Source: an uncultured virus (IMG/VR IMGVR_UViG_3300031578_009156)
Lineage: Duplodnaviria > Heunggongvirae > Uroviricota > Caudoviricetes
IMG/VR virus record: IMGVR_UViG_3300031578_009156
DNA length: 64,000 bases
Reading direction: 5' to 3' (one strand)
Below the pieces are notes generated by a model. The model did no database searches. It was not told the DNA's origin and was given only the letters and a program-made list of their open reading frames with translations. Both the position numbers and the translations under genes were made by a program. Positions 48,200 through 58,311 of the stretch are shown here, in pieces (the stretch's first letter is position 1; each line of letters opens with the position of its first letter).

Positions 48200-48789
48200 G
48201 CCTAACCTTGACCTCTATCCTTTCCCAAAATCTTCCGCCCCTGTCCACTCAGGTGATCGAGGCGGCGTTGCGGCAGTGCCAGTACCAGCGCCCCACGGTC
48301 TTGGACAGGGAAGCGGAAGGTGGCGGGTTCCCGCCATTCGTCCAGCCGTTCTACCTCTGGCTGGTCGAGTACGGGCGGATACCATCCCCAGCGGAACACA
48401 TCGGCCTGTATTTTGCGCTCTATCCTGGAGCCGACAACGGGCACCGAGCAGGGTTGGAGGCACGGATCAGGCGGGCGTGGCCGTCACTGGTGCGCGACCA
48501 GCACCTCGTGGCGCTTCTCAGGGAAGCGGGCATGCGGGTGACCTACAGCCTGGACTGGGACCGCGCGGGCATTGACGTGACCGTATGGCCCCCACCCGAG
48601 AGCGGGCGGGCACCGTTGTTCGTGCATGCCTTCGTCCAGACTGCGCGGTCGGCGGCCTACAGGAAGCAGAAGATCACCGGCGCGAGGCACTTCGATCTTC
48701 CGTTGGATCCCAGCGAAGCGCAGGTCGCGGGTAACGTGTGGCTCTACCAACGCCCCACCCACACCGAACGGGTACGTGTGGCCCTGTGA
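48196..48789 (+). CDS. TaqI-like PD-(D/E)XK nuclease (tentative)
   Basis: GLEARIRRAWPSLVRD..DRAGIDV resembles TaqI-family motifs. Confidence 0.45.
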   Translation: MSLTLTSILSQNLPPLSTQVIEAALRQCQYQRPTVLDREAEGGGFPPFVQPFYLWLVEYGRIPSPAEHIGLYFALYPGADNGHRAGLEARIRRAWPSLVRDQHLVALLREAGMRVTYSLDWDRAGIDVTVWPPPESGRAPLFVHAFVQTARSAAYRKQKITGARHFDLPLDPSEAQVAGNVWLYQRPTHTERVRVAL

Positions 48790-48822
48790 ACCTTAAAGAT
48801 TTTGACAAAACCGACCAACTGC

Positions 48823-48851
48823 TTGACAACTGACCAGTTGCGTGGTACAAT
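48823..48851 (+). promoter_or_regulatory. Promoter of the replication operon
   Basis: TTGACA-17-TACAAT; palindrome CAACTGACCAGTTG in the spacer. Confidence 0.85.
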
Positions 48852-48893
48852 ATAAGTAGTTAGTTGTTCAGCACGTTGACAGGGGGTGAGGGA

Positions 48894-49034
48894 ATGAACT
48901 GGATCGGGTGGGTACTCGTGGCTCTGGGTGCGATCGTGTGCATAATCGTGATCCTCACCATTTACGCGATGTGCGTCCAGTCGGGTCGTATATCGCGCTG
49001 GGAAGAGGAGCGCGACCGCAGGGCGGGGCATTGA
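48894..49034 (+). CDS. 46-aa single-TM protein
   Basis: MNWIGWVLVALGAIVCIIVILTIYAMC.. Confidence 0.55.
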   Translation: MNWIGWVLVALGAIVCIIVILTIYAMCVQSGRISRWEEERDRRAGH

Positions 49035-49443
49035 CTGTGGTTGACCTGGTGCAGATGGGCAAGGAGGTCGAGCGCCTTTACCGCGAGGCCCACGAGGCCC
49101 TGGTGAGGGCGAACCAGGTAGACGAACGGTACCGTAAGCTCGTGCTCGAGCGGTGCGGGATCGTAGCACAGCCAGAGAGTTGCTGAACGATGGAGCGGCA
49201 GTCTGGCGGTGCGTCAGAGGAAACATCATGACAAGGTTACAGGTACTACAGGGAAGGCCAACGTACAGCAAGGCAAGGGCCAACTACGAGGAACTGGCCC
49301 GGCGGCAGTCGGTGGCCCTGGAGCAACAGCAGCGTGAGGCGGCTGCCCGCCAGGGCTGGTACGCTATATTGCGAGTGACGTTCGCGGGCGCTACCCGCGA
49401 GGCGTTGGAGCGGCTAGAACAGAGACAGAAAAACAGGAGGTAA
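49031..49443 (+). CDS. Two small hypothetical ORFs (49031-49186, 49228-49443)
   Basis: Co-directional short ORFs filling the gap before dnaN. Confidence 0.45.
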
Positions 49444-49447
49444 GACA

Positions 49448-50545
49448 GTGAAGGTTTCGGTTTTGCAGGAGAATTTGACGAAAGGGTTAGAGATAGCCGC
49501 GCGGGCGGCCAGCAAGCGCGCCACCCTCCCAGTGCTGGAGCACATCCTGCTCCAGACGGACGAGGGGCGACTGCGCCTCTCGGCCTCCAACCTGGAGTTG
49601 GGGATACACGTCTGGGTTGGGGCGAAGATCGAGGAGGAAGGGGCGGTCACCGTCCCCGCCAAGACCATCTGTGATCTGATGAAGGAGTTGCCCCACGAAC
49701 GGGTTGACATCACGGCGGACCTCGAACGGTCTACCCTCGCCCTGGTGTGCGATCATCACAAGGCGCACGTCAAGGGGCTTCCTGCTAGTGAGTTCGTGGA
49801 CATCCCCCTCCCGACCAAGGCGGTCCCCCTGGACGCGGCTGGGCTGAAGGACGCAATCAAGCGCACGGCTATCTCGGCAGCCTCGGACGAAAGCCGCCCC
49901 ACGCTGACGGGGTGCCTGCTCCAGGTAGAGGGAGACACCTTGACCCTGGCGGCCGCGGATGGGTTCCGGCTCTCGGTTTGCACGACCTCCCTGCAGGGTG
50001 ACGTTGAGCCAATGTCGGTCATCGTCCCAGCGCGGGCACTGCGGGAACTGGCGCGGCTGGACCTGGCGGGGGGTGTGCGGGTGCAACTGGAGGACAACCG
50101 CATCTCCTTCGACCTGGGTGGTGATGTGGTCCTGGTCTCCCAGTTGATTGACGGCAAGTATCCCGACTTTAACCAGATCGTGCCCGAGTCGCGCCAGACG
50201 CGCGTGACCGTTGGCGCGGGTGACCTCTTGCGGGCACTGCGGGGCGTCAATGTATTCGCACGGGAGGCAGCCCAGATCGTTCGGCTCTGCGTTACCGACA
50301 ACACACTCGTCGTGTCGGCGGTGTCTGCCGAGATGGGCGACGGGGCGGCCACCATGACAGTGGAGGTCGAGGGCGAACCGATTGAGATCGGGCTCAACGT
50401 CCAGTACCTCATGCAGGGCCTGGAGATAGCAGGTGGCGGGAATGTGACGCTGGACTTCACCACGCCCTCGTCCCCACTGCTGATGACCCCCACTGACGAT
50501 GCAGGGTTCCGATACATCATCATGCCGATGCACATCGGGAGATAG
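49448..50545 (+). CDS. dnaN: DNA polymerase III beta sliding clamp
   Basis: TLPVL, ASNLE, DESRPTLTG, AADGFRL, LIDGKYPD, IIMPM. Confidence 0.95.
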   Translation: MKVSVLQENLTKGLEIAARAASKRATLPVLEHILLQTDEGRLRLSASNLELGIHVWVGAKIEEEGAVTVPAKTICDLMKELPHERVDITADLERSTLALVCDHHKAHVKGLPASEFVDIPLPTKAVPLDAAGLKDAIKRTAISAASDESRPTLTGCLLQVEGDTLTLAAADGFRLSVCTTSLQGDVEPMSVIVPARALRELARLDLAGGVRVQLEDNRISFDLGGDVVLVSQLIDGKYPDFNQIVPESRQTRVTVGAGDLLRALRGVNVFAREAAQIVRLCVTDNTLVVSAVSAEMGDGAATMTVEVEGEPIEIGLNVQYLMQGLEIAGGGNVTLDFTTPSSPLLMTPTDDAGFRYIIMPMHIGR

Positions 50546-50550
50546 GCGAT

Positions 50551-52350
50551 ATGGGAGAAACCACCACAGGGCAGGGCGTGTTGAGCGCCCTGCCCGATTC
50601 CACTAAACAGAGAGTAATTGAGTGCGACTGGCACGGTCTGTATCGCGCCAAGTGGGGCCGCAACCGTCTACAGCCCGAGTCCTTCGCTCACCCTGCGAAA
50701 GCGGCCTATGGCCTGGCTGTGCGCATCGCAAAATACCTGCTAGAGCAAAATTACATCCGTCCTGGCGACCTAGTGCTAGACCCGTTTGGTGGCATTGGCG
50801 GATTTGCCTTGCCGCTGATCGAGCGCGGCGTCAACGTGGTCCTGGTGGAATTGGAGCAGCGTTTCAATGACATGGCCCAGGGTTGCGAATGCACAGGCAT
50901 CAGCAAAGAGGACTGGATTCGCTTCCAAGGCCGCTACGACAAGGCGCGCTACCTGGATGGGCGGTACTGGTGCCCGCGTTGCGTGATGCAGGCGCAAACT
51001 GTCCCGCCTCGTAAGTTCAACCCGTTCAAGTTCACGAGCGATGAGTGGGCCAGGTGGAACGATCGCGGGTTTCATCAGCCCACGCTTTTCGGGAGTGTTG
51101 GGAGCGCCACCTACGAGCGCAATAGCGGGCGCATCCCTTTCACCGGGCCGCACCACTACACGGGCAACCTGGAAGCCTGGAATGAAGCGGGCTACGAAGG
51201 GCGGGCGGTGATGCTCCAGGGCGACAGCCGCCGCCTGTGCGATGTGCTGGCGGGGGCGGGGGTAGCGGGGGCAGTGTCTAGTCCGCCGTATGCGGGCATC
51301 GCCACATCATCAGGACAGCGGCTTGTTGGGCACGGCAAAGCGCAGCTACAACGCCGTTGGTCAGAGTGGCACGAGGACACCGACCGCTATGGTGAAACCC
51401 CCGGCCAACTCGCCTCGCTTCCCGAAGGCGACGTGCCGCAGGTGCAGGCAGGGGCAGTGGTGTCGAGTATGCCGTATGCGAATAGCCTCAAGCAGGAAGG
51501 TCAGTTTCAGAAAGTCGGTTCACCTGGCTATACTGGCCTGAAAGCAATGAATGATGGATACAGCCGCGATCCTGCCAATCTCGGTAACCTGCCCGCCGGC
51601 GAGCCGCCCGCCGCCATTGTGTCCTCAATGCCTTTTACTAACTCTCTCGCCTCAGACGATCCCGACAAAAGAGGCGGCCTGTTCCGCGACCCGAAGCGGC
51701 GCGGCGACAGGAACATGACGGGTGAGTACGGCGCAAGTGAGGGGCAGATAGGCGCGATGAGGGAGGGGGTGTCGGTGGCGGATGGGATGGTGAGCAGTCC
51801 GCCGTTTGAGGCAGTAGAAGTGTGCCAAGATAAGGCTTTTAGGCTGAATGATGGACGCAAGACACCACCGCAAGGCCAGCAAGGCTACGGCCAATCAGAC
51901 GGCCAACTCGGCACCGAATCTGGCACCACATTTTGGGAAGCATCCGCCGAGATCATGCACCAGGTCTACCAGGTCCTTGCGCCTGGCGCGGTTGCAGTGT
52001 GGGTTTGTAAAGCGTTCGTGAGGTCGGGCCAGGTGGTCCCGTTCCCAGAGCAATGGGCCGCCTTGGGTGAGGCTTGTGGCTTCGAGACGATAGGGTGGAT
52101 CCGCTGCTGGCTAGTGGAGGATAGAGGCGCACAATATACCCTCGATGGTGACCTGTCTTTGCTCCAGGCGGCCTACAAGTCCTTCTTCCGCCGCCTCTCG
52201 GAAAAACGCGGTTCACCAGAAATCAACTTCGAGGTCGTGGTGATCCAGCGCAAGCCTGGTACTCTGCCAGGTGCACAGGAGACAGAACCAGGGGCAGAGG
52301 CAGACACCCTGGAGGTTCTGCCATTGTTCGCGGAGGTCACTTCACAGTGA
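50551..52350 (+). CDS. N4/N6 DNA methyltransferase with four repeated SPPY-like modules
   Basis: HPAK, LDPFGGIG, GDSR, SSPPY/SSMPY/SSMPF/SSPPF. Confidence 0.8.
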   Translation: MGETTTGQGVLSALPDSTKQRVIECDWHGLYRAKWGRNRLQPESFAHPAKAAYGLAVRIAKYLLEQNYIRPGDLVLDPFGGIGGFALPLIERGVNVVLVELEQRFNDMAQGCECTGISKEDWIRFQGRYDKARYLDGRYWCPRCVMQAQTVPPRKFNPFKFTSDEWARWNDRGFHQPTLFGSVGSATYERNSGRIPFTGPHHYTGNLEAWNEAGYEGRAVMLQGDSRRLCDVLAGAGVAGAVSSPPYAGIATSSGQRLVGHGKAQLQRRWSEWHEDTDRYGETPGQLASLPEGDVPQVQAGAVVSSMPYANSLKQEGQFQKVGSPGYTGLKAMNDGYSRDPANLGNLPAGEPPAAIVSSMPFTNSLASDDPDKRGGLFRDPKRRGDRNMTGEYGASEGQIGAMREGVSVADGMVSSPPFEAVEVCQDKAFRLNDGRKTPPQGQQGYGQSDGQLGTESGTTFWEASAEIMHQVYQVLAPGAVAVWVCKAFVRSGQVVPFPEQWAALGEACGFETIGWIRCWLVEDRGAQYTLDGDLSLLQAAYKSFFRRLSEKRGSPEINFEVVVIQRKPGTLPGAQETEPGAEADTLEVLPLFAEVTSQ

Positions 52351-53522
52351 AGCAGATCACGATTGCAACCCTGCTGAGCGGGGGAGAGGGTGTCGGTGTG
52401 GGGGCACGGGCGGTGGGCCTGCAGCACCTGTGGGGGATCGAGATAGATGACGGTGTTGCACAGGTCGCGCGCGCCAACGGGTTCAACGTGCTCACTGCTG
52501 ACATCTTTGACGTTGACCCCAATACCCTAGAACGCCCAGACATCCTCCACGCTTCTCCTGAATGCCAGCGGGCCAGCCAGGCGGCCAATAACAGAGGGGA
52601 GACGGCACAGGATCGGGCGATAGCGCGGCGCATCGTTCAGTTCATAGAAATGCTGCAACCCCGCGTTTTCACCCTGGAGAACGTCTGGCCCTACAGGCAT
52701 TTCGAATCGTTTGGGTACATTCTCGATTCACTAACAGGAATGGGCTACTTCGTCCACTACGCCAATCTTAACGCCGCCGACTTTGGGGTTCCGCAGACGC
52801 GGAGGCGGCTGATCCTGCGTGCAGTTCGCGGCGGGCTGGTGCCCTGTCTTCCCGTACCACGACCTTGGACGGGATGGTATGAGGCAATCGCTGATTTGAT
52901 TGTCTCTCTGCCGGAGTCTGAGTTTGCACCCTGGCAACTGAAACGGCTCCCAGACGCTCTGGTTGGAACAGTGCTCGTCTCGCAAGGAATCTCCAGAGAC
53001 CACAAAGGCGGCGAGTATCCTATGGTGACCAGGAATGGGGGCAATCCTGCATTCACGGTGACGGCAAACACCAACATGGTTAATATGCGCGCCTACCTGG
53101 TCGGGGGACAATACGGGCAGCCCCTCGATGGGAACGACCGCCCCCCACAGGTGAGGGATGGGGATGCGCCGAGTTTCACCGTGACGGCCAAAAATAAGGG
53201 GGACTGGCGGGTGTTCATCGTGGACGGGGGAAACGCGGGGCGGACCTCTACCGTCAGGATGGGCGATGAGCCAATGTTTACGGTCGATGCGATGCGGCTG
53301 ACCAAGCACCCACATCGGGTATGGGTGGAGGGGCGGGTGGTACAAATGACGCCACGGGCACTGGCGCGGTTTCAGTCTTTCCCAGACACCTACATCCTGC
53401 CTGACAACAAGGGACTGGCGTGCAAGGTGATCGGGAACGCAGTCCCCCCACTGATGTACCAGAGGATCATCGAGGGATTGAGGGAGACATTGATGAACAC
53501 TGACCGAGGAGGTCTATCGTGA
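52347..53522 (+). CDS. C5 cytosine DNA methyltransferase
   Basis: LLSGGEG, HASPECQ, LENV, GVPQTRRR, ARFQSFP, IGNAVPP. Confidence 0.92.
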   Translation: MKQITIATLLSGGEGVGVGARAVGLQHLWGIEIDDGVAQVARANGFNVLTADIFDVDPNTLERPDILHASPECQRASQAANNRGETAQDRAIARRIVQFIEMLQPRVFTLENVWPYRHFESFGYILDSLTGMGYFVHYANLNAADFGVPQTRRRLILRAVRGGLVPCLPVPRPWTGWYEAIADLIVSLPESEFAPWQLKRLPDALVGTVLVSQGISRDHKGGEYPMVTRNGGNPAFTVTANTNMVNMRAYLVGGQYGQPLDGNDRPPQVRDGDAPSFTVTAKNKGDWRVFIVDGGNAGRTSTVRMGDEPMFTVDAMRLTKHPHRVWVEGRVVQMTPRALARFQSFPDTYILPDNKGLACKVIGNAVPPLMYQRIIEGLRETLMNTDRGGLS

Positions 53523-54502
53523 TCGGGATATTCCAGGGTAGAGGTATAGCAGATCGGGCACGGGCACACGCGCAGATCGATGTGGATTTTAGATCTCACG
53601 TACACCTGTTTAATAACGGCAGAAATCTCAACCCGCTGGGCGTGTTCCTGTGCGTGGCGCTTCACGCCAACGAGTACGGCTGGGCCTGGCCGTCACGGGA
53701 TACCCTGATGCGCGAAACAGGAATTTCTACCCAAGAGGCCATGACGTCTGCCCTGGCCCACCTGCGCCAACTGAGGATAGAGGACCAGCGGGTGTTCGCT
53801 CACTACCGCGAGATGGGCGAGGACGGACGGTACGGGCGGAGCGCCTACCTCATCTTCCCCGACCTCCCATCGGCCTGCATTCCGGATCAGTTCACGAACC
53901 TGCGCGAGTACGACCCCAGGGGCAGCCTGGCGGCGCTGGCGCAAGAGATCGAGGAGCACGCGGTGGCGGTGGTGCAGGAAAACGTCGCGTCCGTTGCGCT
54001 CTTTACGGACCTGTTCGGGGAGGGACCGCAGCCAACCGCACCACCCGCACGGACAACCGAGAGTGCTATGGCTGAGATTGCACAGGCCGAGACGCGGGCG
54101 TTCGCGCGGATCGCTGGCTCCCCGTGGCTGGCCTGGGGCAGCGGGAGCAGCATCATGGACCGCTACGGGCGCGAGGACATCCCCAAGGAGGCGGTGCAGC
54201 GGATCGGGCACGCCTTGGGGGAGTGTGGGCTGAAACCCGTCTGGGAGAACCCGAAAGAGGCCAAGTCGTGGGTGGCGGGTATCCAGCAACTCTACAGGGT
54301 TGCGGACGGGAACGTGGAGAGAGTTCTGCAGGCTATCGAGCGGGCGATAGCGGAGAACGCGCAACGGGCACCTACCGACCGCCTGACCCTGGTCAAGCCC
54401 CACAGTTTCGAGTTCGCGGTGCGTGACGCGATGGTGAGACAGGCAGAGGCGCAGATACCGGCAGTGGGTTCCCAGTTCTACCTGATCCAGGCGGAGGCAT
54501 GA
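53519..54502 (+). CDS. Replication initiator (HTH)
   Basis: HANEYGWAWPSRDTLMRETG; precedes dnaB. Confidence 0.75.
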   Translation: MIGIFQGRGIADRARAHAQIDVDFRSHVHLFNNGRNLNPLGVFLCVALHANEYGWAWPSRDTLMRETGISTQEAMTSALAHLRQLRIEDQRVFAHYREMGEDGRYGRSAYLIFPDLPSACIPDQFTNLREYDPRGSLAALAQEIEEHAVAVVQENVASVALFTDLFGEGPQPTAPPARTTESAMAEIAQAETRAFARIAGSPWLAWGSGSSIMDRYGREDIPKEAVQRIGHALGECGLKPVWENPKEAKSWVAGIQQLYRVADGNVERVLQAIERAIAENAQRAPTDRLTLVKPHSFEFAVRDAMVRQAEAQIPAVGSQFYLIQAEA

Positions 54503-55902
54503 TGGGCAAACGAGCACAGAGCGGCACCGACAAAATGGTACCCCACAACGAAGAGGCAGAGCAGGCGGTGGTCGGCTCACTGCTGATCGACCCCGAGGCG
54601 TTCTACCACGTCCCCTGGCTGAGGGGGGGGGACTTTCACGACCAGAGGCTCGCCTGGGTGTACGAGGCGGTCCAGGCCCTCCAGGAGCAGCGCAGCCCCG
54701 TGGACCTGGTGACCGTGTGCGATGAATTAGAGCGGCGCGACAGATTGGAGCAGATCGGCGGGGTGGCCTATCTCACCCACCTGGTCAACGTCGTCCCGAG
54801 CGCCATTCACGTCGAGACCTACGGGCGCATCGTGGAGAGGATGGCGGGCCGGCGGCGCTTGCTCAACGTGGCGAGCAGTCTGGCGCAGTTGGCGTACCAG
54901 GATAGTGAGGACTTAGAGGACACACTGGCCCAGGCCGACCGTGTGTTCACGACCGCGCTGGCACGGAACGGGCACGGGCGGACCTTCACCGCCGGTGACC
55001 TGATCGGTCAAGTCTACGATGACGCTCAGATGTACTGCCAGAACCCGATAAAGGACGGGGAAACCCGATACCTTGACACTGGGTGGCCCGACCTTAACAA
55101 GGCGTTGGGTGGGTGGAAGACCGGCCTCTATATCATCATTGCGGTCCCCCACCTGGGCAAGTCGTGGTTCGTCTTGGACGCGGCAGCCAACGTGGCGAGC
55201 AGGGGGGGGCGGGTTCTGTTCTTCCCCCTGGAGATGACAGGCAAGCAGTTGATCGAGCGGCTCGTTCTGTCCACCGTCCACATCACCGACTACGACTATC
55301 AGCGCGGCGCGATACTGGAGGCTCAGTGGCCCGTGTTGGCGGCTCGGCTGGGCCAGGTCGGGGGGTGGGACCTCACTATAGACGAAGAGGCGGCCACCTT
55401 GCAACAGATACGCGCCTCAGTTCAGCGACATCACCGTGAGAAACCCCTCGACATGGTGGTGATTGATCCTCTGGGCATGATCGAGTTGGGCGGGGCAGGG
55501 GCAGAGAATAAGAACCTTGAGTTGGGTGGCGTGAGTCGGGCGCTGAAACTGCTCGCAAACAGCATAGGTGCTCCGATTCTGGTCCCCCACCACATCAGCG
55601 CCAAGAAGGTGGCAGAGCGGTCGAACAAGCGCCCTGAATTGAGTGACCCATACCAAACAGGATATGCAGACATTATAGCGGACGTGGTTCTGGGGCTGTA
55701 CCGTGACGAATTGTACAAACCTGAAACCGCTGCCTGCCACATCATGGAAATCCTGGTATTGAAGGATCGGCTGGGAGGAAAAACAAAGGCCCAGGTTGAC
55801 TTGTTCTTTTCGCTGTACGGGGAACTTCTGTCGGCAGAACGGCGCGCGGTTCCCGTGTATCTGGAGGGGGTGAGTAATGGAAATGGCAGTAACGGGTATT
55901 GA
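54499..55902 (+). CDS. dnaB: Replicative helicase DnaB
   Basis: PHNEEAEQAVVG, IAVPHLGKS, FFPLEM, VVID, SRALKLLA, KRPELSD, ADVVLGLYR. Confidence 0.92.
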   Translation: MMGKRAQSGTDKMVPHNEEAEQAVVGSLLIDPEAFYHVPWLRGGDFHDQRLAWVYEAVQALQEQRSPVDLVTVCDELERRDRLEQIGGVAYLTHLVNVVPSAIHVETYGRIVERMAGRRRLLNVASSLAQLAYQDSEDLEDTLAQADRVFTTALARNGHGRTFTAGDLIGQVYDDAQMYCQNPIKDGETRYLDTGWPDLNKALGGWKTGLYIIIAVPHLGKSWFVLDAAANVASRGGRVLFFPLEMTGKQLIERLVLSTVHITDYDYQRGAILEAQWPVLAARLGQVGGWDLTIDEEAATLQQIRASVQRHHREKPLDMVVIDPLGMIELGGAGAENKNLELGGVSRALKLLANSIGAPILVPHHISAKKVAERSNKRPELSDPYQTGYADIIADVVLGLYRDELYKPETAACHIMEILVLKDRLGGKTKAQVDLFFSLYGELLSAERRAVPVYLEGVSNGNGSNGY

Positions 55903-56320
55903 CCTGCGCTTGCGCGTAGGTATCCCCAACGTAGACGCTGCAATGCGGCGGCTGGCGGCAGCGCGGGTGCTCGAGGAGGTCCAGGGGTGTCTGGGCAAGC
56001 CAATGGGCATGCCTTACCTGGCAGCCTGGTTCCAGGCTGATGGAAGGGAGTGGTTGGACCTGGCGGGGATGGGACATCTGCTGGAGGTCCCGGCCGCAGA
56101 ATTGGCCCAGCGTGTGTTCCAGTTCGCGCCCAGCCTGATCACAGCGCAGCGGTGCATCTACTGCGCTCACCTGGTGGGTAACGGGCGTGTGCGGTGTGAA
56201 TCTGGCGTCTGGGAAGACGACTGGGATATGCGGGCGGAATACGCTACCGCCACGGTGCGACATAGCAGCACCAGGTTCCCTGGCTGTCATTTGTTTGAAA
56301 AAGGAGAGGTGGAAGATTGA
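55877..56320 (+). CDS. Hypothetical Cys-containing protein
   Basis: GGAGG RBS; CIYC..C..C. Confidence 0.6.
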   Translation: MEMAVTGIDLRLRVGIPNVDAAMRRLAAARVLEEVQGCLGKPMGMPYLAAWFQADGREWLDLAGMGHLLEVPAAELAQRVFQFAPSLITAQRCIYCAHLVGNGRVRCESGVWEDDWDMRAEYATATVRHSSTRFPGCHLFEKGEVED

Positions 56321-56976
56321 GCACAATTGACGAAAACCAGAAGGTAGCAGACCTCATTGCCGCGGTCATCGAGGGAGCGATAGACGTCCCGTCGAGCGAC
56401 CTGGAGGCCATGCGGCTCCGTTACATCCCCCAGGTGGGGGAGGTCGTGACCGAGGAGGAGTTCATTCAGCGCGGCGTGGACCTGGTGGCGACTGCGCGCA
56501 ATTCCTTCACTCTCATAGGGGAACTGATCGGCTATAAGTTTGCCGTGGAAGGGGCAGATACCGAGCAGGGCAGGAACGCGATCGTGGGGCGGTATGCGCC
56601 CCAGTGGGGGGTCAGCCCGTCCACGATCTGGAAGGCGTGGGTGGTCTCCTCAGCAGGAATTGACCTACTGCCCGAGGACGCGCCCCCGACTCTCACCTAC
56701 GAGATTGTGAGCGGGTGCGCCAATGCGCCAGAGGCGGAGCAGGTGTTGGACCTGGCCCTCGAGCGAGGCTACACGGTCAACGACGTGCGGGAGGTCAAGG
56801 CATTGCGGGCCCAGGGCCTCATCGAGGATTGGAACAAGTTGCGCCTGGTCCACAACGGAAACGGCACGATTTACGTTGACGATGGGCAGACGCGGGAGCC
56901 TATCGCCACCCTGCTGGCAGATACCGACCTGGCACGGGCGGGCGTGGCCTTGCTCAGGATGAGGGCGCGGGTATGA
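56317..56976 (+). CDS. Hypothetical protein (possible HTH)
   Basis: 219 aa; APQWGVSPSTIWK. Confidence 0.6.
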   Translation: MSTIDENQKVADLIAAVIEGAIDVPSSDLEAMRLRYIPQVGEVVTEEEFIQRGVDLVATARNSFTLIGELIGYKFAVEGADTEQGRNAIVGRYAPQWGVSPSTIWKAWVVSSAGIDLLPEDAPPTLTYEIVSGCANAPEAEQVLDLALERGYTVNDVREVKALRAQGLIEDWNKLRLVHNGNGTIYVDDGQTREPIATLLADTDLARAGVALLRMRARV

Positions 56977-57045
56977 CACTATATCCTGTGTCACGAAAGT
57001 ACCCTCCAGGCGTCACTTTCGTGACAGAGAATATCACAAAATGGG

Positions 57046-57848
57046 GTGGAGACAATGATCCCACCTGAGTTAGCAGACTTCGAGACCTACGTGGTTGCAT
57101 TCAGCGGTGGCAAGGACAGCACGGGCGCGCTCCTTTGGGCACTGGACAACCTGCCCCCTGAGCGAATACGGGTAGTCTATCACCCCGTAGAGGAAGCGGA
57201 CTTGCCCGAGGTTGATCCCTACATTGCCTATATCGAGGAGCGGCTGGGCGTGTGCGTGGAGAGGGTACGGGCGGGTGATCGGCCCCTCCCGCCCCAGAAG
57301 GGAGACCGGCCGCGCCAGGAATGGGAGTTTGAGGCTACACTTTTTGCCATGATTGAGAAGCGCGGGATGTGGCCGTCTGCGAAAGTTCGCTGGTGCTGTT
57401 CCTACCTGAAAAAATGGCCTGTGGCTCTCTATGCGTGGGAACTCTCTCGGCCTGTCCTCATAAGCGGCCAACGGGCAGAGGAGAGCGAGGCACGGGCTAA
57501 GCTGCCGGTGTTCAGCCTTGGTAAATCTGACCACCTTACACGGGCGATGCTTTCGACCTATCGCCCACTCTTGTACTGGTCGAAGCAAGAGGTTTGGGGG
57601 TTCCTGCAGCACCACGGCGTAGCACGCAACCCAGCCTACCAGTACCAGGCACGGGTGGGCTGCTGGTGTTGCATCATGAGCAGTCCTAAAGAGGTCTTTC
57701 GCTTTTGCAGGAAGCACCCAGAGATAGCACAGGTGGCCGCTGACTTGGAGCAACGAATCGGGCACACTTGGCAGTATAGGCTAGCATTACAAGCCTGCTC
57801 CATCAGGCGCGGGCACAACTCACCTACTGGGAGGAACCGCATGATTGA
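57046..57848 (+). CDS. PAPS-reductase-family protein (probable 1-nt frameshift near 57782)
   Basis: AFSGGKDS, RWCCSYLK, GQRAEESEAR, RVGCWCC. Confidence 0.8.
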
Positions 57849-57969
57849 ACTCTGCGCAGACATGTGGACGGTCGCGGCTGATGCGCGCTGCATCACGACC
57901 AACGGTTACGTCAACAAGGCACACCTGTGCGTGATGGGACGGGGGACGGCGAGACAGGCGGCAATCTGA
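57841..57969 (+). pseudogene. Truncated macro-domain gene
   Basis: MIELCADMW..ADARCITTNG..VMGRGTA, then a stop after 42 aa. Confidence 0.6.
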
Positions 57970-58020
57970 GAACCATACTTCACAGTGAAGTGAAACCAAT
58001 TTCCTTAACTGGAGGATGAC

Positions 58021-58311
58021 GTGACTGAAGATACCAACGAGGCGCGGCGGCTGTTGCGTGATGCAGATCTCCGACAAGCTCTCTACACGTTGATGTGGGA
58101 ACGCTATCAAAAAGGGAAGGCGCGCACAGAGCCGTGCGGCATATTGAGTGACGAGATGCTGTTGGGCGAATTGCGTCGCATCTTGGGTGGCGGCAGCCCG
58201 TCCATAACGGAACGGCTGACGAACCTGACCATGTACGTGCTCGCTGGCTCAGTGGCAGCGCTGATCCTGGCGGGCGTGGTGCGGCTGGTGGGGCTGATCC
58301 TGGGGCTGTAA
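58021..58311 (+). CDS. Small C-terminal-TM protein
   Basis: GGAGG RBS; hydrophobic tail. Confidence 0.6.
   Translation: MTEDTNEARRLLRDADLRQALYTLMWERYQKGKARTEPCGILSDEMLLGELRRILGGGSPSITERLTNLTMYVLAGSVAALILAGVVRLVGLILGL

Noticed and set aside
53052..53185. TTCACNGTGAC near-matches to the dispersed palindrome
   Set aside because: Explained by repeated FTVT peptide motifs in the methyltransferase
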